Shown piece after piece: positions 24,950 through 47,905 of a stretch of DNA of 64,000 nucleotides (position 1 is its first letter; each line of letters opens with the position of its first letter). The position numbers and the translations under genes are program-made. Under the pieces are notes generated by a model. That model was not told where the DNA came from. It was given only the letters and a program-made list of their open reading frames with translations, and searched no databases. Source of the DNA: Macrostomum lignano (Eukaryota); the NCBI GenBank assembly GCA_002269645.1, contig NIVC01002136.1:137445-201444 (forward strand). Reading direction: 5' to 3'.

Positions 24950-25945
24950 AGATTTTGAGATTTCTGTTTTAGGGCGAGATTTTGTGATTCCCAGTCTAAG
25001 GTTGAGATTTTGAGATTCCCAGTCTAAGGTTGAGATTTTGTGATTCCCAGTCTAAGGTTGAGATTTTGAGATTCCCAGTCTAAGGTTGAGATTTTGTGAT
25101 TCCCAGTCTAAGGTTGAGATTTTGAGATTCCCAGTCTAAGGTTGAGATTTTGTGATTCCCAGTCTTAGGTTGAGATTTTGAGATTCCCATTGTTGGGTGA
25201 GATTTAGAGATTCCCATTGTAGGGTGAGATTTTGAGATTTTAATTGTAGGGTAAGATTTTGAGATTCCCATTGTAGGGTGAGATTTTGAGATTCCAATTG
25301 TTGGGTGAGATTTTGAGATTCCAATGTGTAGGGTGAGATTTTGATATTCCCATTGTAGGGTGAGATTTTGAGATTCCAATGTGTAGGGTGAGATTTTGAG
25401 ATTTCCATTGTTGGGTGAGATTTTGATATTCCCATTGTAGGGTGAGATTTTGAGATTCCCATTGTTGGGTGAGATTTTGATATTCCCATTGTAGGGTGAG
25501 ATTTTGAGATTCCCAGTCTAAGGTTGAGATTTTGTGATTCCCATTGTTGGGTGAGATTTTCAGATTCCAATGTGTAGGGTGAGATTTTGATATTCCCATT
25601 GTAGGGTGAGATTTTGAGATTCCAATGTGTAGGGTGAGATTTTGAGATTCCAATTGTAGGGTGAGATTTTGATATTCCCATTGTAGGGTGAGATTTTGAG
25701 ATTTCCATTGTAGGGTGAGATTTGAGATTCCCATTGTAAGGTTGATATTTGAGAATTCTGAGTCTAAGGTTGAGATTTTAAAATTCCCATTGTAGGGTGA
25801 GTTTTTGAGATTTCTGTTTTAAGGCGAGATTTTGAGAATTCAATTGTTGGGTGAGATTTTGAGATTCCAATTGTAGGGTGAGATTTTGAGATTTCAATTG
25901 TAGGGTGAGATTTTGAGATTCCCATTGTAGGGTGAGATCTTGTTA
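24950..25945. repeat. ~28-bp minisatellite between BOLA1 and TPRG1L
   Basis: Units of the type cagtctaaggttgagattttgagattcc / cattgtagggtgagattttgagattcc. Confidence 0.93.
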
Positions 25946-26013
25946 TTGTTTGAGAATGCAACTTTCCGCCGCATTGCCCAAGCAGTTGAAAATATTTTTT
26001 CTGCCATTCTGAA

Positions 26014-27208
26014 ATGTCCTCCAACTCGCCGAACTCCTCGCCCTCCAAGTCCACCTTGGACGCCAATCTGTTAAACTTCCCGCCCCGCCGGGAGCGCTTC
26101 TTCGTTGCCATGGTGCCGCTGCAGGAGGCGGTGGAGGCCTGTCAACGCCTGGCGGTCAGCCCGGACACGGACGGCCAGGTGCTGTCCAGCTTCGTGCTGA
26201 CGGAGACTGACCACTGGGGCAACAACTACGAGAAGCTGGTGTTCCTCACCGAGCGGTCGGTTGTGCTCAGCAAGTTCGACTTTGTCACCCGGCGGCATCG
26301 GCACTCGCGCCGTCTGTTGTTCAGCGACCTCACCAAGGTGGCGCTGGGTGACCTGACCCTGCCGGCGCGCTCCTTGGCGCCGATGCGCTGCCACGGCGCC
26401 CTTCGACTGTTCTGGGGCGAGCCGAGCCGTGTGGGGGTGGGGCAGACCTGGAACCCCTTCAGCTCGGTGGCCATTCCCTACACCACCCTGGCTCATCACC
26501 CGCTGCACTACTGCGAGCCCGAGGCCAAGAACCCGGTGTACGACTTGGACTGCTTCGCCTCGTCACTGATTGGCACTTTGGCTGATCGGGCACCTCAGGC
26601 ATGAAACACCTGTCTGCTTGCTGGGGTTTTTCTCTGCTTTCTCTCCTCACGAGGGCCAAATCCCCAGGCTTAGCGTGCTCAGGGGGTCATCGAAATGAGC
26701 ATGAGTCCCACTGAGACCGTTACCGTGACAAGAATCGCTAAAGAGTTCAAGTTGCAAACAAAACTCACTGGTGACTCTATAGCGACTCCAGCACGCCTCA
26801 GACACCACCCTACGAGTCATTATAGAAGCGCCATAAAACACCTGAAATTGACTCTTCGGCGACTCTTTGACGACGTTTTTTAGCGACTTGTACCGTGACA
26901 TCTTGTTTTAGAATCGTCCAGCAAGTGACTGTGGGGTGCTTCTTGCTTTACTGTTCTATAACAAACAGTTCACGGGGGGTTGATAAATTTGGTCCAAAAA
27001 GTAATAAATGAAAGCAAAGTGTTTTACTATGTCTGGAAACATTGCCGTCTAAAATATGTATTACACAATTTGCTTTGCTCGGTCGCGCCCACAGGTGCAA
27101 GTGGTGTCGGAGCCGCTGCCACTGAACCTCTATCACGGCATCTCGTCAACCGTGTTCAACCAGAGCTGGCTGGGCTACTCAAAGGATCGAAATGGAGCCA
27201 GTTTTTAA
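26014..27208 (+). CDS. TPRG1L: TPRG1/TPRG1L-like hSac2-domain protein; exons 26014-26598 and 27095-27208 (GC-AG intron)
   Basis: FVLTETDHWGNNYEKLVFLTERSVVLSKFDF, LRLFWG and WNPFSSVAIPYTTLAHHP. The last exon VQVVSEPLPLNLYHGISSTVFNQSWLGYSKDRNGASF* matches the TPRG1-type C-terminus. Confidence 0.82.
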
Positions 27209-27389
27209 TATCGAGGACGCAGGTGATTTGGGACTAACGGCGCAAGTTTCTACTCAACTCAGTGTTGTGACTTTGGAAACTGTCAGGTCTATCTAGTCAA
27301 AGCAGCTTTTCAGTTTAGCCTCTAGTCTTGTTTGAGAGCAACTTTTCAGATTGTACTGTTTTGCTACGGTGTTAGTCGGTTAAATGTTT

Positions 27390-28285
27390 TTTCTGACCCC
27401 CAGTTAGCGACTGTCTGACCCACAGTTAGCGACTGTCTGACCCCCAGTTAGCGACTGTCTGACCCACAGTTAGCGACTGTCTGATCCACAGTTAGCGACT
27501 GTCTGACCCACAGTTAGCGACTGTCTGATCCACAGTTAGCGACTGTCTGACCCACAGTTAGCGACTGTCTGACCCATAGTTAGCGACTGTCTGACCCACA
27601 GTTAGCGACTGTCTGATCCACAGTTAGCGACTGTCTGACCCACAGTTAGCGACTGTCTGATCCACAGTTAGCGACTGTCTGACCCACAGTTAGCGACTGT
27701 CTGACCCCCAGTTAGCGACTGTCTGACCCACAGTTAGCGACTGTCTGATCCACAGTTAGCGACTGTCTGACCCACAGTTAGCGACTGTCTGATCCACAGT
27801 TAGCGACTGTCTGACCCACAGTTAGCGACTGTCTGATCCACAGTTAGCGACTGTCTGATCCACAGTTAGCGACTGTCTGACCCACAGTTAGCGACTGTCT
27901 GACCCATAGTTAGCGACTGTCTGACCCACAGTTAGCGACTGTCTGATCCACAGTTAGCGACTGTCTGACCCACAGTTAGCGACTGTCTGATCCACAGTTA
28001 GCGACTGTCTGACCCACAGTTAGCGACTGTCTGACCCCCAGTTAGCGACTGTCTGACCCACAGTTAGCGACTGTCTGACCCACAGTTAGCAACTGTCTGA
28101 CCCCCAGTTAGCGACTGTCTGACCCCCAGTTAGCGACTGTCTGATCCCCAGTTAGCGACTGTCTGACCCCCAGTTAGCGACTGTCTGACCCCCAGTTAGC
28201 GACTGTCTGACCCACAGTTAGCGACTGTCTGACCCCCAGTTAGCGACTGTCTGACCCCCAGTTAGCGACTGTCTGACCCATAGCT
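27390..28285. repeat. 22-bp minisatellite (~40 copies)
   Basis: Unit cacagttagcgactgtctgacc. Confidence 0.97.
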
Positions 28286-29104
28286 ACTGAGCAATTAATT
28301 AACTTTGACCGATTTCAATTGTTTTTTAGTCTCGTTGTGCAATTGAAGCCCGCCCTGTTCCGTGTTTTGGGTGTTTTAAGTTCAGGATATTGTTCTACTT
28401 TACCCAAAGAGAGCGTATATTACCGGAGCTGTATATTTAGGGAAGTCCACCATTTTTTTGCTTGCTGTTGGCTGTGAATATCGCCGCGGTATTTTATTAG
28501 AAAGTATCCCTAGAACTGTTTTGAATTTTAATATTCGGTCGTTTTATCAACTGGAATATCGCACCATCTATCATAGATTACTCATCGATCAATATTCTAA
28601 TATTTTATATTAATTTGCTGTCTTTGCTGTGCTTCTTTATTGTCTCGTGCGTTTAACCCCGTAGCAGCTTTTTGCCACTGTTTTTGTGCGATGCCTTTGC
28701 AACACCATTTCCTGTTTTCAGTCATGAAAATAAAATTCAACGCTACTCATGCTACTGCTTAGCAGTAGGCTAAAACGAACGTTATTTGTTTTAATTAACA
28801 ATAAATTTGTGATTTACGCATAAAACGCCTCGTTATCGGGATGTCTGTAGATTGTTATCAAGCACTACCAACTTTTATTACCACTTTATCACACTTGAAG
28901 AATTAGGTTTTGTTTTTGTACTTTATTTATCCTCTTCTTTCACACTAAAGTACACAGGGCCAAGTCTGATTGGAAGTCGGTGAGAGTTGGAAAATAGAAA
29001 CTGATGATGAGTGGAAAAAATGGGAACACGTGCGAACGACCATCGACATTCTACCCGTAACTGCTGCAAAATGGCGAATTGCTCAATCGCTCTGACACTA
29101 AATG

Positions 29105-31150
29105 GTCATAACTGAGATACAGAATTGTCATAACTGATGCAGGCACTCTAACTGACACTGATTCGTCACAACTGATACAGTCACTCTAACTGACACTGAA
29201 TCGTCACAACTGATACAGAGTCACTCTAACTGACACTGAATCGTCACAACTGATACAGAGTCACTCTAACTGACACTGAATCGTCACAGCTGATACAGAG
29301 TCACTCTAACTGACACTGAATCGTCACAACTGATACAGAGTCACTCTAACTGACACTGAATCGTCACAACTGATACAGAGTCACTCTAACTGACACTGAA
29401 TCGCCACAACTGATACAGAATTGTCATAACTGACACTGAATCGTCACAACTGATACAGAATTGTCATAACTGACACTGAATCGTCATAACTGATACAGAA
29501 TTGTCACAACTGACACTGAATCGTCACAACTGACACTGAATCGTCATAACTGACACTGAATCGTCACAACTGACACTGAATCGTCATAACTGACAGAATC
29601 GTCACAACTGATACAGTCACTCTAACTGACACTGAATCGTCACAACTGATACAGTCACTCTAACTGACACTGAATCGTCACAACTGATACAGAGTCACTC
29701 TAACTGACACTGAATCGTCACAGCTGATACAGAGTCACTCTAACTGACACTGAATCGTCACAACTGATACAGAGTCACTCTAACTGACACTGAATCGTCA
29801 CAGCTGATACAGAGTCACTCTAACTGACACTGAATCGTCACAGCTGATACAGAGTCACTCTAACTGACACTGAATCGTCACAACTGATACAGAGTCACTC
29901 TAACTGACACTGAATCGTCACAACTGACACTGAATCGTCACAACTGATACAGAGTCACTCTAACTGACACTGAATCGTCACAGCTGATACAGAGTCACTC
30001 TAACTGACACTGAATCGTCACAACTGATACAGAGTCACTCTAACTGACACTGAATCGTCACAACTGACACTGAATCGCCACAACTGATACAGAGTCACTC
30101 TAACTGACACTGAATCGTCACAGCTGATACAGAGTCACTCTAACTGACACTGAATCGTCACAACTGATACAGTCACTCTAACTGACACTGAATCGTCACA
30201 ACTGATACAGTCACTCTAACTGACACTGAATCGTCACAACTGATACAGAGTCACTCTAACTGACACTGAATCGTCACAGCTGATACAGAGTCACTCTAAC
30301 TGACACTGAATCGTCACAACTGATACAGAGTCACTCTAACTGACACTGAATCGTCACAACTGACACTGAATCGCCACAACTGATACAGAGTCACTCTAAC
30401 TGACACTGAATCGTCACAGCTGATACAGAGTCACTCTAACTGACACTGAATCGTCACAACTGATACAGTCACTCTAACTGACACTGAATCGTCACAACTG
30501 ATACAGTCACTCTAACTGACACTGAATCGTCACAACTGATACAGAGTCACTCTAACTGACACTGAATCGTCACAGCTGATACAGAGTCACTCTAACTGAC
30601 ACTGAATCGTCACAACTGATACAGAGTCACTCTAACTGACACTGAATCGTCACAACTGACACTGAATCGTCACAACTGATACAGAGTCACTCTAACTGAC
30701 ACTGAATCGTCACAGCTGATACAGAGTCACTCTAACTGACACTGAATCGTCACAACTGATACAGAGTCACTCTAACTGACACTGAATCGTCACAACTGAC
30801 ACTGAATCGCCACAACTGATACAGAGTCACTCTAACTGACACTGAATCGTCACAGCTGATACAGAGTCACTCTAACTGACACTGAATCGTCACAACTGAT
30901 ACAGTCACTCTAACTGACACTGAATCGTCACAACTGATACAGAGTCACTCTAACTGACACTGAATCGTCACAGCTGATACAGAGTCACTCTAACTGACAC
31001 TGAATCGTCACAACTGATACAGAGTCACTCTAACTGACACTGAATCGTCACAGCTGATACAGAGTCACTCTAACTGACACTGAATCGTCACAGCTGATAC
31101 AGAATCGCTCTAACTGACAGAGTCGTCACAACTGATACAGAATCGACACT
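29105..31150. repeat. Satellite of two related 20-bp monomers forming 40-bp and longer higher-order units
   Basis: A = aactgacactgaatcgtcac; B = aactgatacagagtcactct; B' = aactgatacagaattgtcat. Confidence 0.95.
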
Positions 31151-32151
31151 AACTTTTTAAAATCGCTTAAAACTGCTGCAGAATGGCCCCTAGCAGCGGC
31201 AGAAGCACGCTTGAACGATAGACAGTGCAGCAGTTTAGGAAAAGAACTAAAACCAACAGCAGCCGCAATGAATTGTGACATTAATATCGTGTGAAATATT
31301 AATTATGAACAGGCAATCAGCCGGTTTGCAATTGTATTATGTGTATGTAAACAAAGCATTTACAAAACTACCAATGCTAGTTGATATAAAAACCGCGAAC
31401 AATGGTGAAACATTATTATTCTCATTATTATTTTAAATCGGTATGCAATTAGCAGTTGAAATTATTCTCAACAAAGCAGGCGGTGACTGTGACATTTGTT
31501 TGCCAAGCGGCGATTAACAAAAAACTGACAGCAAAAAGTGCACTGCAATTAGACAGGAGCAGCTCGAACGGGAGGGGAGTTTAAAGACCAGCTAATGGGA
31601 ATATAAAATAAGCAGAAGCCAGTTCAAGGGTCCTCACGGTCTCCTATAAATAGTTCTTGCACTGGCCACCCAATCACTGGCTCTGGCGCGGATTAAAATA
31701 TTGAAACTGTTTATCTGCGTAGTCAGTAAATGGCTGCACAGCCAGTATGTACACAGGAACTGCCAGAGCCAGCAGAAACTAATCATTCAATTATATGCAA
31801 CAGGTGAATATGCACGGACAGCATAAATATAGTATAAATATAGAAATAGCAGTTAGAACGGGACAACAAAGGAACACGGAAGGTCATTTACTTACAGAGG
31901 TGCCCAAGGCCGATTTAGATGGGGAAATGCAGGAGAGTGAACTAGCTGGATACAGGCTGGGTCAGAGCCAAAGAAATTTATAAAAAAGGTCAATTTGAAT
32001 AACACAACGGCGCAAGGAAGATGATTTTGTGAAGAAGAGCTGGATGATCAGAGTTGCAAAATAAAGCAATTGAAACAGAAGAGACCAGCACGGAGCCGCT
32101 CCGCTTATTAAAAACAAAGGCAAATGTCTGCTTGGCCCATGGGCGGCGGCC

Positions 32152-41905
<9,754 letters not shown>

Positions 41906-41996
41906 AAGTTTTGTAAGATGTATCTAAAATAGCCTTATGTTTAAATAAAATTGTAAAAAATTCCTTTCTTTTCTTTGATTTTTTGTGTGGTTACAC

Positions 41997-42533
41997 AAGG
42001 GGTCGGCAAACTCTGACTCGCGAGCCACACGCGGCTCGCAGAGCCTCTCTATCTGGCCCTCGGGCCTTTTGAAACTTCACAATATCAATCCGTTCTTATC
42101 TCTTCTCAGCGCTCTCCTCTCTACATGTAATATCCACTCCACTCTTTTTCTCTCTCCTCTCTTCTCTTCTCACTCCTCTATTCTCTTCTCAATCATCTAC
42201 TCTTTAGTCTCTCCTCGCCATTCTCTTTATCTCCTCTCCTCCTCTCCTAACCATTCTCTTCATCTCCTCTCCTCCTCTCCTAACCATTCTCTTTATCTCC
42301 TCTCCTCCTCTCCTCTCCTTTCCATTCTCCTATCCATTATCCTTATCTCCTCTCCATTCTCCTCATCTCCTCTCCTCTCTCCACCCCTCTCTTCTTCTTT
42401 ATTCTCTACCCTCTCCTTTCCCCTATATCCCTTCTCTCTCCTTTATTCTCTCTCCTCACTCCCCTCCTCCGGTCTGCAGTCATTATCTAGGTTATCTATC
42501 TGGCCTTTGAGGTAAAAAGTTTGCCGACCTATG
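41997..42533. mobile_element. Non-autonomous hAT-type MITE with CT-rich interior
   Basis: Imperfect TIRs aaggggtcggcaaact and agtttgccgacctatg. The flanking 8-mers ggttacac (41989-41996) and ggttacaa (42534-42541) form a 7/8 target-site duplication. Confidence 0.75.
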
Positions 42534-42764
42534 GGTTACAAAAATAGAGCACAAATCCATGTTTGGCAATAGTTACCCGTTTTTAAAACAAAACATGCAC
42601 AAAAACTAAGAAACCTGGCTTAATATTGTTGATGATTGTTGCAAGTTTTAACTTCAATAGCTTGTAATTGTTTTTTGGCAAATAAAGTAAGTTGCTAACA
42701 ATAGAAAAAAACAGCAGTGGTTTTAACTAAAAATGGTGCTTATATGAACAGATATGCAATTAAC

Positions 42765-42990
42765 AGCTCAGCCACAGCTATTGCATGACACATCTGAAGG
42801 TTGCATATGGCTGTTCAGTCCAAGGACTGGGGGGTTGCCACACACCCTGAATTACCCCAGCTAATGCTGGCACCCACTTTATAGCTAGGTGAACCAAAGC
42901 AATATAGAGTTAAGTATCTTGCTCAATGACACAAATTGTTCTAGGTGGGACAATAATTGAGCCATTGACCTTCAAGTTATGACATACATG
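42765..42990 (-). mobile_element. CORE-like SINE family B, colinear copy
   Basis: The reverse strand reads gtgtcattgagcaagatacttaactct...cacctagctataaagtgggtgccagcattagctgggg...ccttggactgaacagcc, matching both halves of 14190-14458. Confidence 0.7.
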
Positions 42991-44989
42991 TGCAACACCT
43001 GGCGGCTCATTCCATATAAGATAGACATATTTGGAAAATAGAAAAAAGTCAATATTTTTGCTTGCCATTGCCTAATTAGCCTATTTTTTTACCAAATGTT
43101 TATATTGTGCAATATATACAATCTAAGAATAAAGGAATGGTAAAATGTTGGATTAGTATGTTATCAATTGGCAAAAAGTCATTTTTGTAAAAATTTGGAC
43201 ATTTTTCGAAGCAAAAGACATCATTAAGATTTTGTACCTTTTAAAAACAAATAGAAAGCTTTTGAAGGTTGAAACAAACTATAGATAAAAGTATAGTACT
43301 TGCATCATCAGATAAAAGCATTGGTGACCAAATAATCTATTATATTTTTAATGTATTAGTACCTCAAAGTTACTGAATTGACAGAAAAAATATGTTACCA
43401 CCATAATGTTACGACCATAAGGCTGCCTTTTCTTTTGTATCTTTGTTGCCTTTTGAGTTTATATATTCTAATAAAAGAGTATGATTTCTAAAGATGTTCT
43501 TAGTCAAATTTTAAAAATGTATTGCAAAATATCAAAAATGAAAAATGTTATAAGACTTTTACCTTTTAGTTTCTATATGTCAAAAATCCTGTCGTTACAA
43601 CCATAAGTGTCATTTAAGGTTTAATAGCATCTATACTAATGATGATATCTATATGAAACTCTATAAATATATTCTAGACAAAATAATCTTTCATTTAAAA
43701 TATTGGTTTAGTAGTATATTCTATTATTAGATTTCATTTTATAAGTAAAAATAACCTGTCATGTTACGACCATGCTTATATGGAATAAGCCTGGCCTAGC
43801 AGGGGCCAGTCAAGGTAAGCCACAAAAAATGCCCACCTAGAAATACAGATTTAGTATTAATTAGATGACTTTAGCCTTAAAGATTTAGTCAAAGTTAGTC
43901 TAACCATTTATCCAAAATTACATTAATTTTTGCTTAGGTTTCTTACATAGGTAAATCTTAGTTTTGATCAGAAAGCAAGTCCCATGGCCAGAATAAAGCA
44001 GGGGGGCTGTGTATGTAAGTTATAAGCATAACTAACCTTTGAGCATAATACATTGTCTTGGATATCAATGTTTTATTTTAGTCATGTGTATTAGTTTGTA
44101 TTTTATTTTTTTGATTTTTGTTTACTAAATGTGAAGGTAAATGAATGTACTTTGATTAAAATAAGTATCTTTATATATAAAAAACTTTTTAGGAATATTT
44201 TAAGACTTTAAAGTTTGATACACCTTTATAAGTCAAGTTATAATATATTATAATATGTGTTCTGTATTTATTGCTTTTTATTTTTAATAATACTAAATAG
44301 TTTTAATTAGTAACTAAAATTAATACTATTAGAAGTATTCAGTATACCTGAAGATAAAAACTACTACATATCTTCCTAACACAATTTTTTGTTTAAATTC
44401 TTATTCAATTATTTGTTAATAACTCGTAAAATATAAATTAATAAATATAGTTAACAAAAAAATCAAATTATAAACTGTAGTCATCTATAGTAATGAAATA
44501 AAATAAAATATGCATTGCATTGACTAGAAATAGAATAGAAGGTGGTTAAAATTTCTTATTATTAGATTTCAAATATTATATTGTAAATGTGTATTGACTT
44601 CTATAATAGATTAATATATTTCTTTATATGCATAGCTTGTCCCAATTCTTTTACAAAATTGATAATTGTATAACTCATTTTGATTGCATGCCAAATCTAG
44701 GAAAACACATTTGTTTTAATACATGTATTTTTCATAATATTTTATATGAACTAATTTGTGTTTAAACTAGGAGTAAATTTTAGTATAAACAAGCTGTTGA
44801 AACCCGCAGATTTTGAACCCGGGGAACTCCATTCCCTGGAATTTTTTTTGCATGTATTCTAAAATCTGAGGTCAAACTCAAACAAAAACTTGTTAATAGT
44901 TAGGATTAGAGTTAAACATAAAATAGTGTACATTCATGTAAAATTAGGATTTGAGGCAAACATTGCTATTGTTGGCTGGGGTGCTGCGC

Positions 44990-46756
44990 AGAATGTCAGG
45001 CAAACTCTGGCCTCTACCTCTGCCTCTCCCTATGTCCTTTGCATCCTTTGAAACTTCCATCTTCCTTTTCTGTTTCCTATCTTCTCTCTTGTCTCTTCTC
45101 TCTCTCTCCTCTTATCTCTTCTTTCTTCTCTCCTCTCTAGTCTCTTCTCTCATCTCTTCCATCTCCCCTCTATTCTTTTCTCTCTCTTCTCCTCTTTTCT
45201 CTCTGGTCTCTGGTCTCTCATATCTCCTTTCTCCTCTTTTATCTCTTCTCGTTTCTCTCTGCTCTCTGCTCTCTCTTCCCTCACCTCTCTTCTCACTCCT
45301 TACTATACCCTCTCTTAACTTTTTCCTTATCTCTACTCTCTCCTTTTTCCTCTCTTCTCTCAACTCTCTCCTCTCATGTCTTCTATCTCTCACCTCCCTT
45401 CTCTCTCGTCTTTGCTATCTTATCTCTCATTTCTTTTCTTTTATCTTCTCTCTCCTCTCCCCCTCTCTCTTCTCATCTCTCGGCTATCTCCTGTCCTATC
45501 TCTCTTATCTCTCCCCTCTTTCCTCTCCTCTCTCGTCCTTTTCACCAATTTCCCCTGTCCTCTCGATTCTCTCCCTTCCCCTCCTCTCTCCTCACTCACT
45601 TCTCATCTCTCCCTTGTCTGCACCTCTCATCTCTCCCTTGTCTGCACTTCTCATCTCTTATTTCTTATCTCTCCTCTTTTCTCTCTACTCTCCCATCTCT
45701 CGTCTGTTCTGATCTCTCATCTCCCCTCTCTGTTCTGTCATCTTTACTCTCATATGTTCTCTCACCTCTCTCCACTTGTACTCCTCTCTTTCCCCTTTTT
45801 TGACTCAGGAGGACTCGATCCTTTCTTCTTTCTTCTTGTCTCTTCACTTCTCTCTTCTATACTCTCTCCCTCTCTTGTCTTCTCTCTTCTTTCTCACTTT
45901 CCTCTCTCCTCTCTTATATCGTCTGTTCACTCTCATCTTCGCTATCTCATTCCCCTCTCTCTTCTGTCATCTCTACTCTCCTCTCTACTGTGTACTCTTT
46001 TCTTTCCCCTCTTCTGACACCCCTCTTTCCTTACTCCTCTCTTCTCTTCCCTCTTCTATACTCTCTCCCCTCTATTTCTTCTCTCGTCTCTCTGCACTCT
46101 GCTCTCTCTTCCTTCATCTCTCATCTCTACTCTCTCGATTATCTTTTTTTCATCTCTCTCATCTCCACGATCTCATCTCTTTCCTCTCTCCTCCTCTTCC
46201 CTTTACTCTATCATCTCTCCTTTCTCCTCTCTTCTTTCTCAACTCTCTCTCTCTTATCTCTTATATCTTATATCTTATCTCATCTTCTCACTCTTCCCTC
46301 TCTCATCTCTTATCTCCTCTTCTCACTCCTCTCTCTTCCCTCTATCCCCCTCTTATCTCCTCTCTTCTCTATCCTTTCTAATCTCTCCTCTCGATCCTCT
46401 CTCATCTGCCTCTCTGTTCTCTCATCTCTCATCTCTTCTCACTCTTCTCTACTCTCCTCTCTCATTGATCCTCTGTCTCATCTCTCCCCTCTTCTCTCTC
46501 CATCTTCTCACCTCTAATTCCATCTCCCTTCTCCCTTCCCTCCTCTCGCTTCTTCCTCCCGACTCCCATATTCTCTGCTCTGCCGCTGCCCTCGACCCCC
46601 TCATCTCTTCTGATATCTTCTATCTATTCTCTTATCCCCTCTCGCCCCTCCTCCCTTTCTCATAGTCTATTCCTTTTCCTTTTCACTCTCATCTGCCCCG
46701 CAGCCATAAGCTTGATTCTTTATCTGGCCTTTGAGATAAAAATCTGCCGATCCCTG
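44990..46756. mobile_element. Second hAT-MITE-like element with ~1.7 kb CT-rich interior
   Basis: The right end atctggcctttgagataaaaatctgccgatccctg matches the end of the 41997-42533 element. The left end gtcaggcaaactctggcc is degenerate and no TSD was found. Confidence 0.5.
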
Positions 46757-47519
46757 CTTCGAAAGCCAGTTTGTGGGACGTAGTACTATCATGGTTGTTA
46801 TAATTTCTCGTGCTCTTTCTGGCCAATTAGCAGTCCTGAGAGGAATTTTTGTATCTCCATTCTCTAGCTCTACCACTACAGTCTGCAGCAGTCTAACAAC
46901 CAAGGAAATACGCATTTCTTAGGAGGTTATTTAAATTTTCAAGTACCTTATTTGTATCTTAATGTTAAAATTTTCATGGTGTAAGCAATTTAGTAGGATT
47001 GCATTGTAATCAGTTCATTGTAATCATTAATTTTTCGCTATTTTTACAAACCATCCCTCATCGCCTTGATTTGCCATCCTTGTTTAACTCCTGCAGACTT
47101 GTCTTATACAGGAGTGAGGACAGTGGTTGAATCTCTTGCTAAACTCTCTCCTCTCCATGCCTCTCCACTCGCGGGGGTACAGAGAAGGCTATTCCAAAAC
47201 ACTGTACATTTGCTATGTACATTTAGCCCTATCGCCTGACCCTTCATCTGGCTCTGGGGGAATGAGTGAGTGGCACAAACAACAGAAAAAGCAGACAAAC
47301 TTCACATGCTTACAGTTTCTTTTTTCGGTTGAGTTACAGAGTTGAAACTTTACATTTAGATAGAGAATGTGTCAATGAAGAATTGTGTCAGGTTTAAAGT
47401 CAATCACTTTAATTGGAGCAAACTTATGGCAGCCGAAAGTTAGTCAATTTTGAAACCCCTTTTACGCATCTGGGCCCAGATCGGGAAAGAGAGGCAGCCG
47501 GGTGGAGGTTGGGGTGGTT

Positions 47520-47905
47520 GCTACACTGAAAAAACAGCCTAACTTTAAAAGTGCACAGCACCGCTCAGGATTAACTTCGAGACTCGAAATTTTACATGAT
47601 TGTGCCAAAGTAGTTTAAGATTATCTGTGTCAAATTTGAAGAGAATCGGTAGAAGTGGAGCAGCTCTATGGAGGATTTAGTGAAAAAATTGCGCATTTTG
47701 AGCAGTTTTTTGCACTTTTAGGTAGGAAGACTCAAGTTTAGGAAATTTAAAGGTAGCCTAAGACATTCTCCGTAGTGAGTTTAGGGTGGATGTAAAATTT
47801 GGTGTCATTTGGTTGAGCGGTTTGGGAGTCCATAGCGATCAAAATTGTCCACACACAGACAGACACACACACACACAGAGTTTTGATTTTTATATGTAGA
47901 GATAG
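47520..47905 (+). mobile_element. Possible non-autonomous element with CA/GACA microsatellite 3' end (resembles Lep1-like Helitron derivatives)
   Basis: aaatttggtgtcatttggttgagcggtttgggag...acacacagacagacacacac...ttttatatgtagagat layout. Recognised by resemblance only. Confidence 0.35.

Noticed and set aside
43000-44950. Very AT-rich block (also 48000-50000)
   Set aside because: No ORF, repeat unit or terminal structure could be supported.
44951-46665. Leu/Ser-rich ORFs that look like membrane proteins
   Set aside because: They are translations of CT low-complexity sequence inside a MITE-like element.
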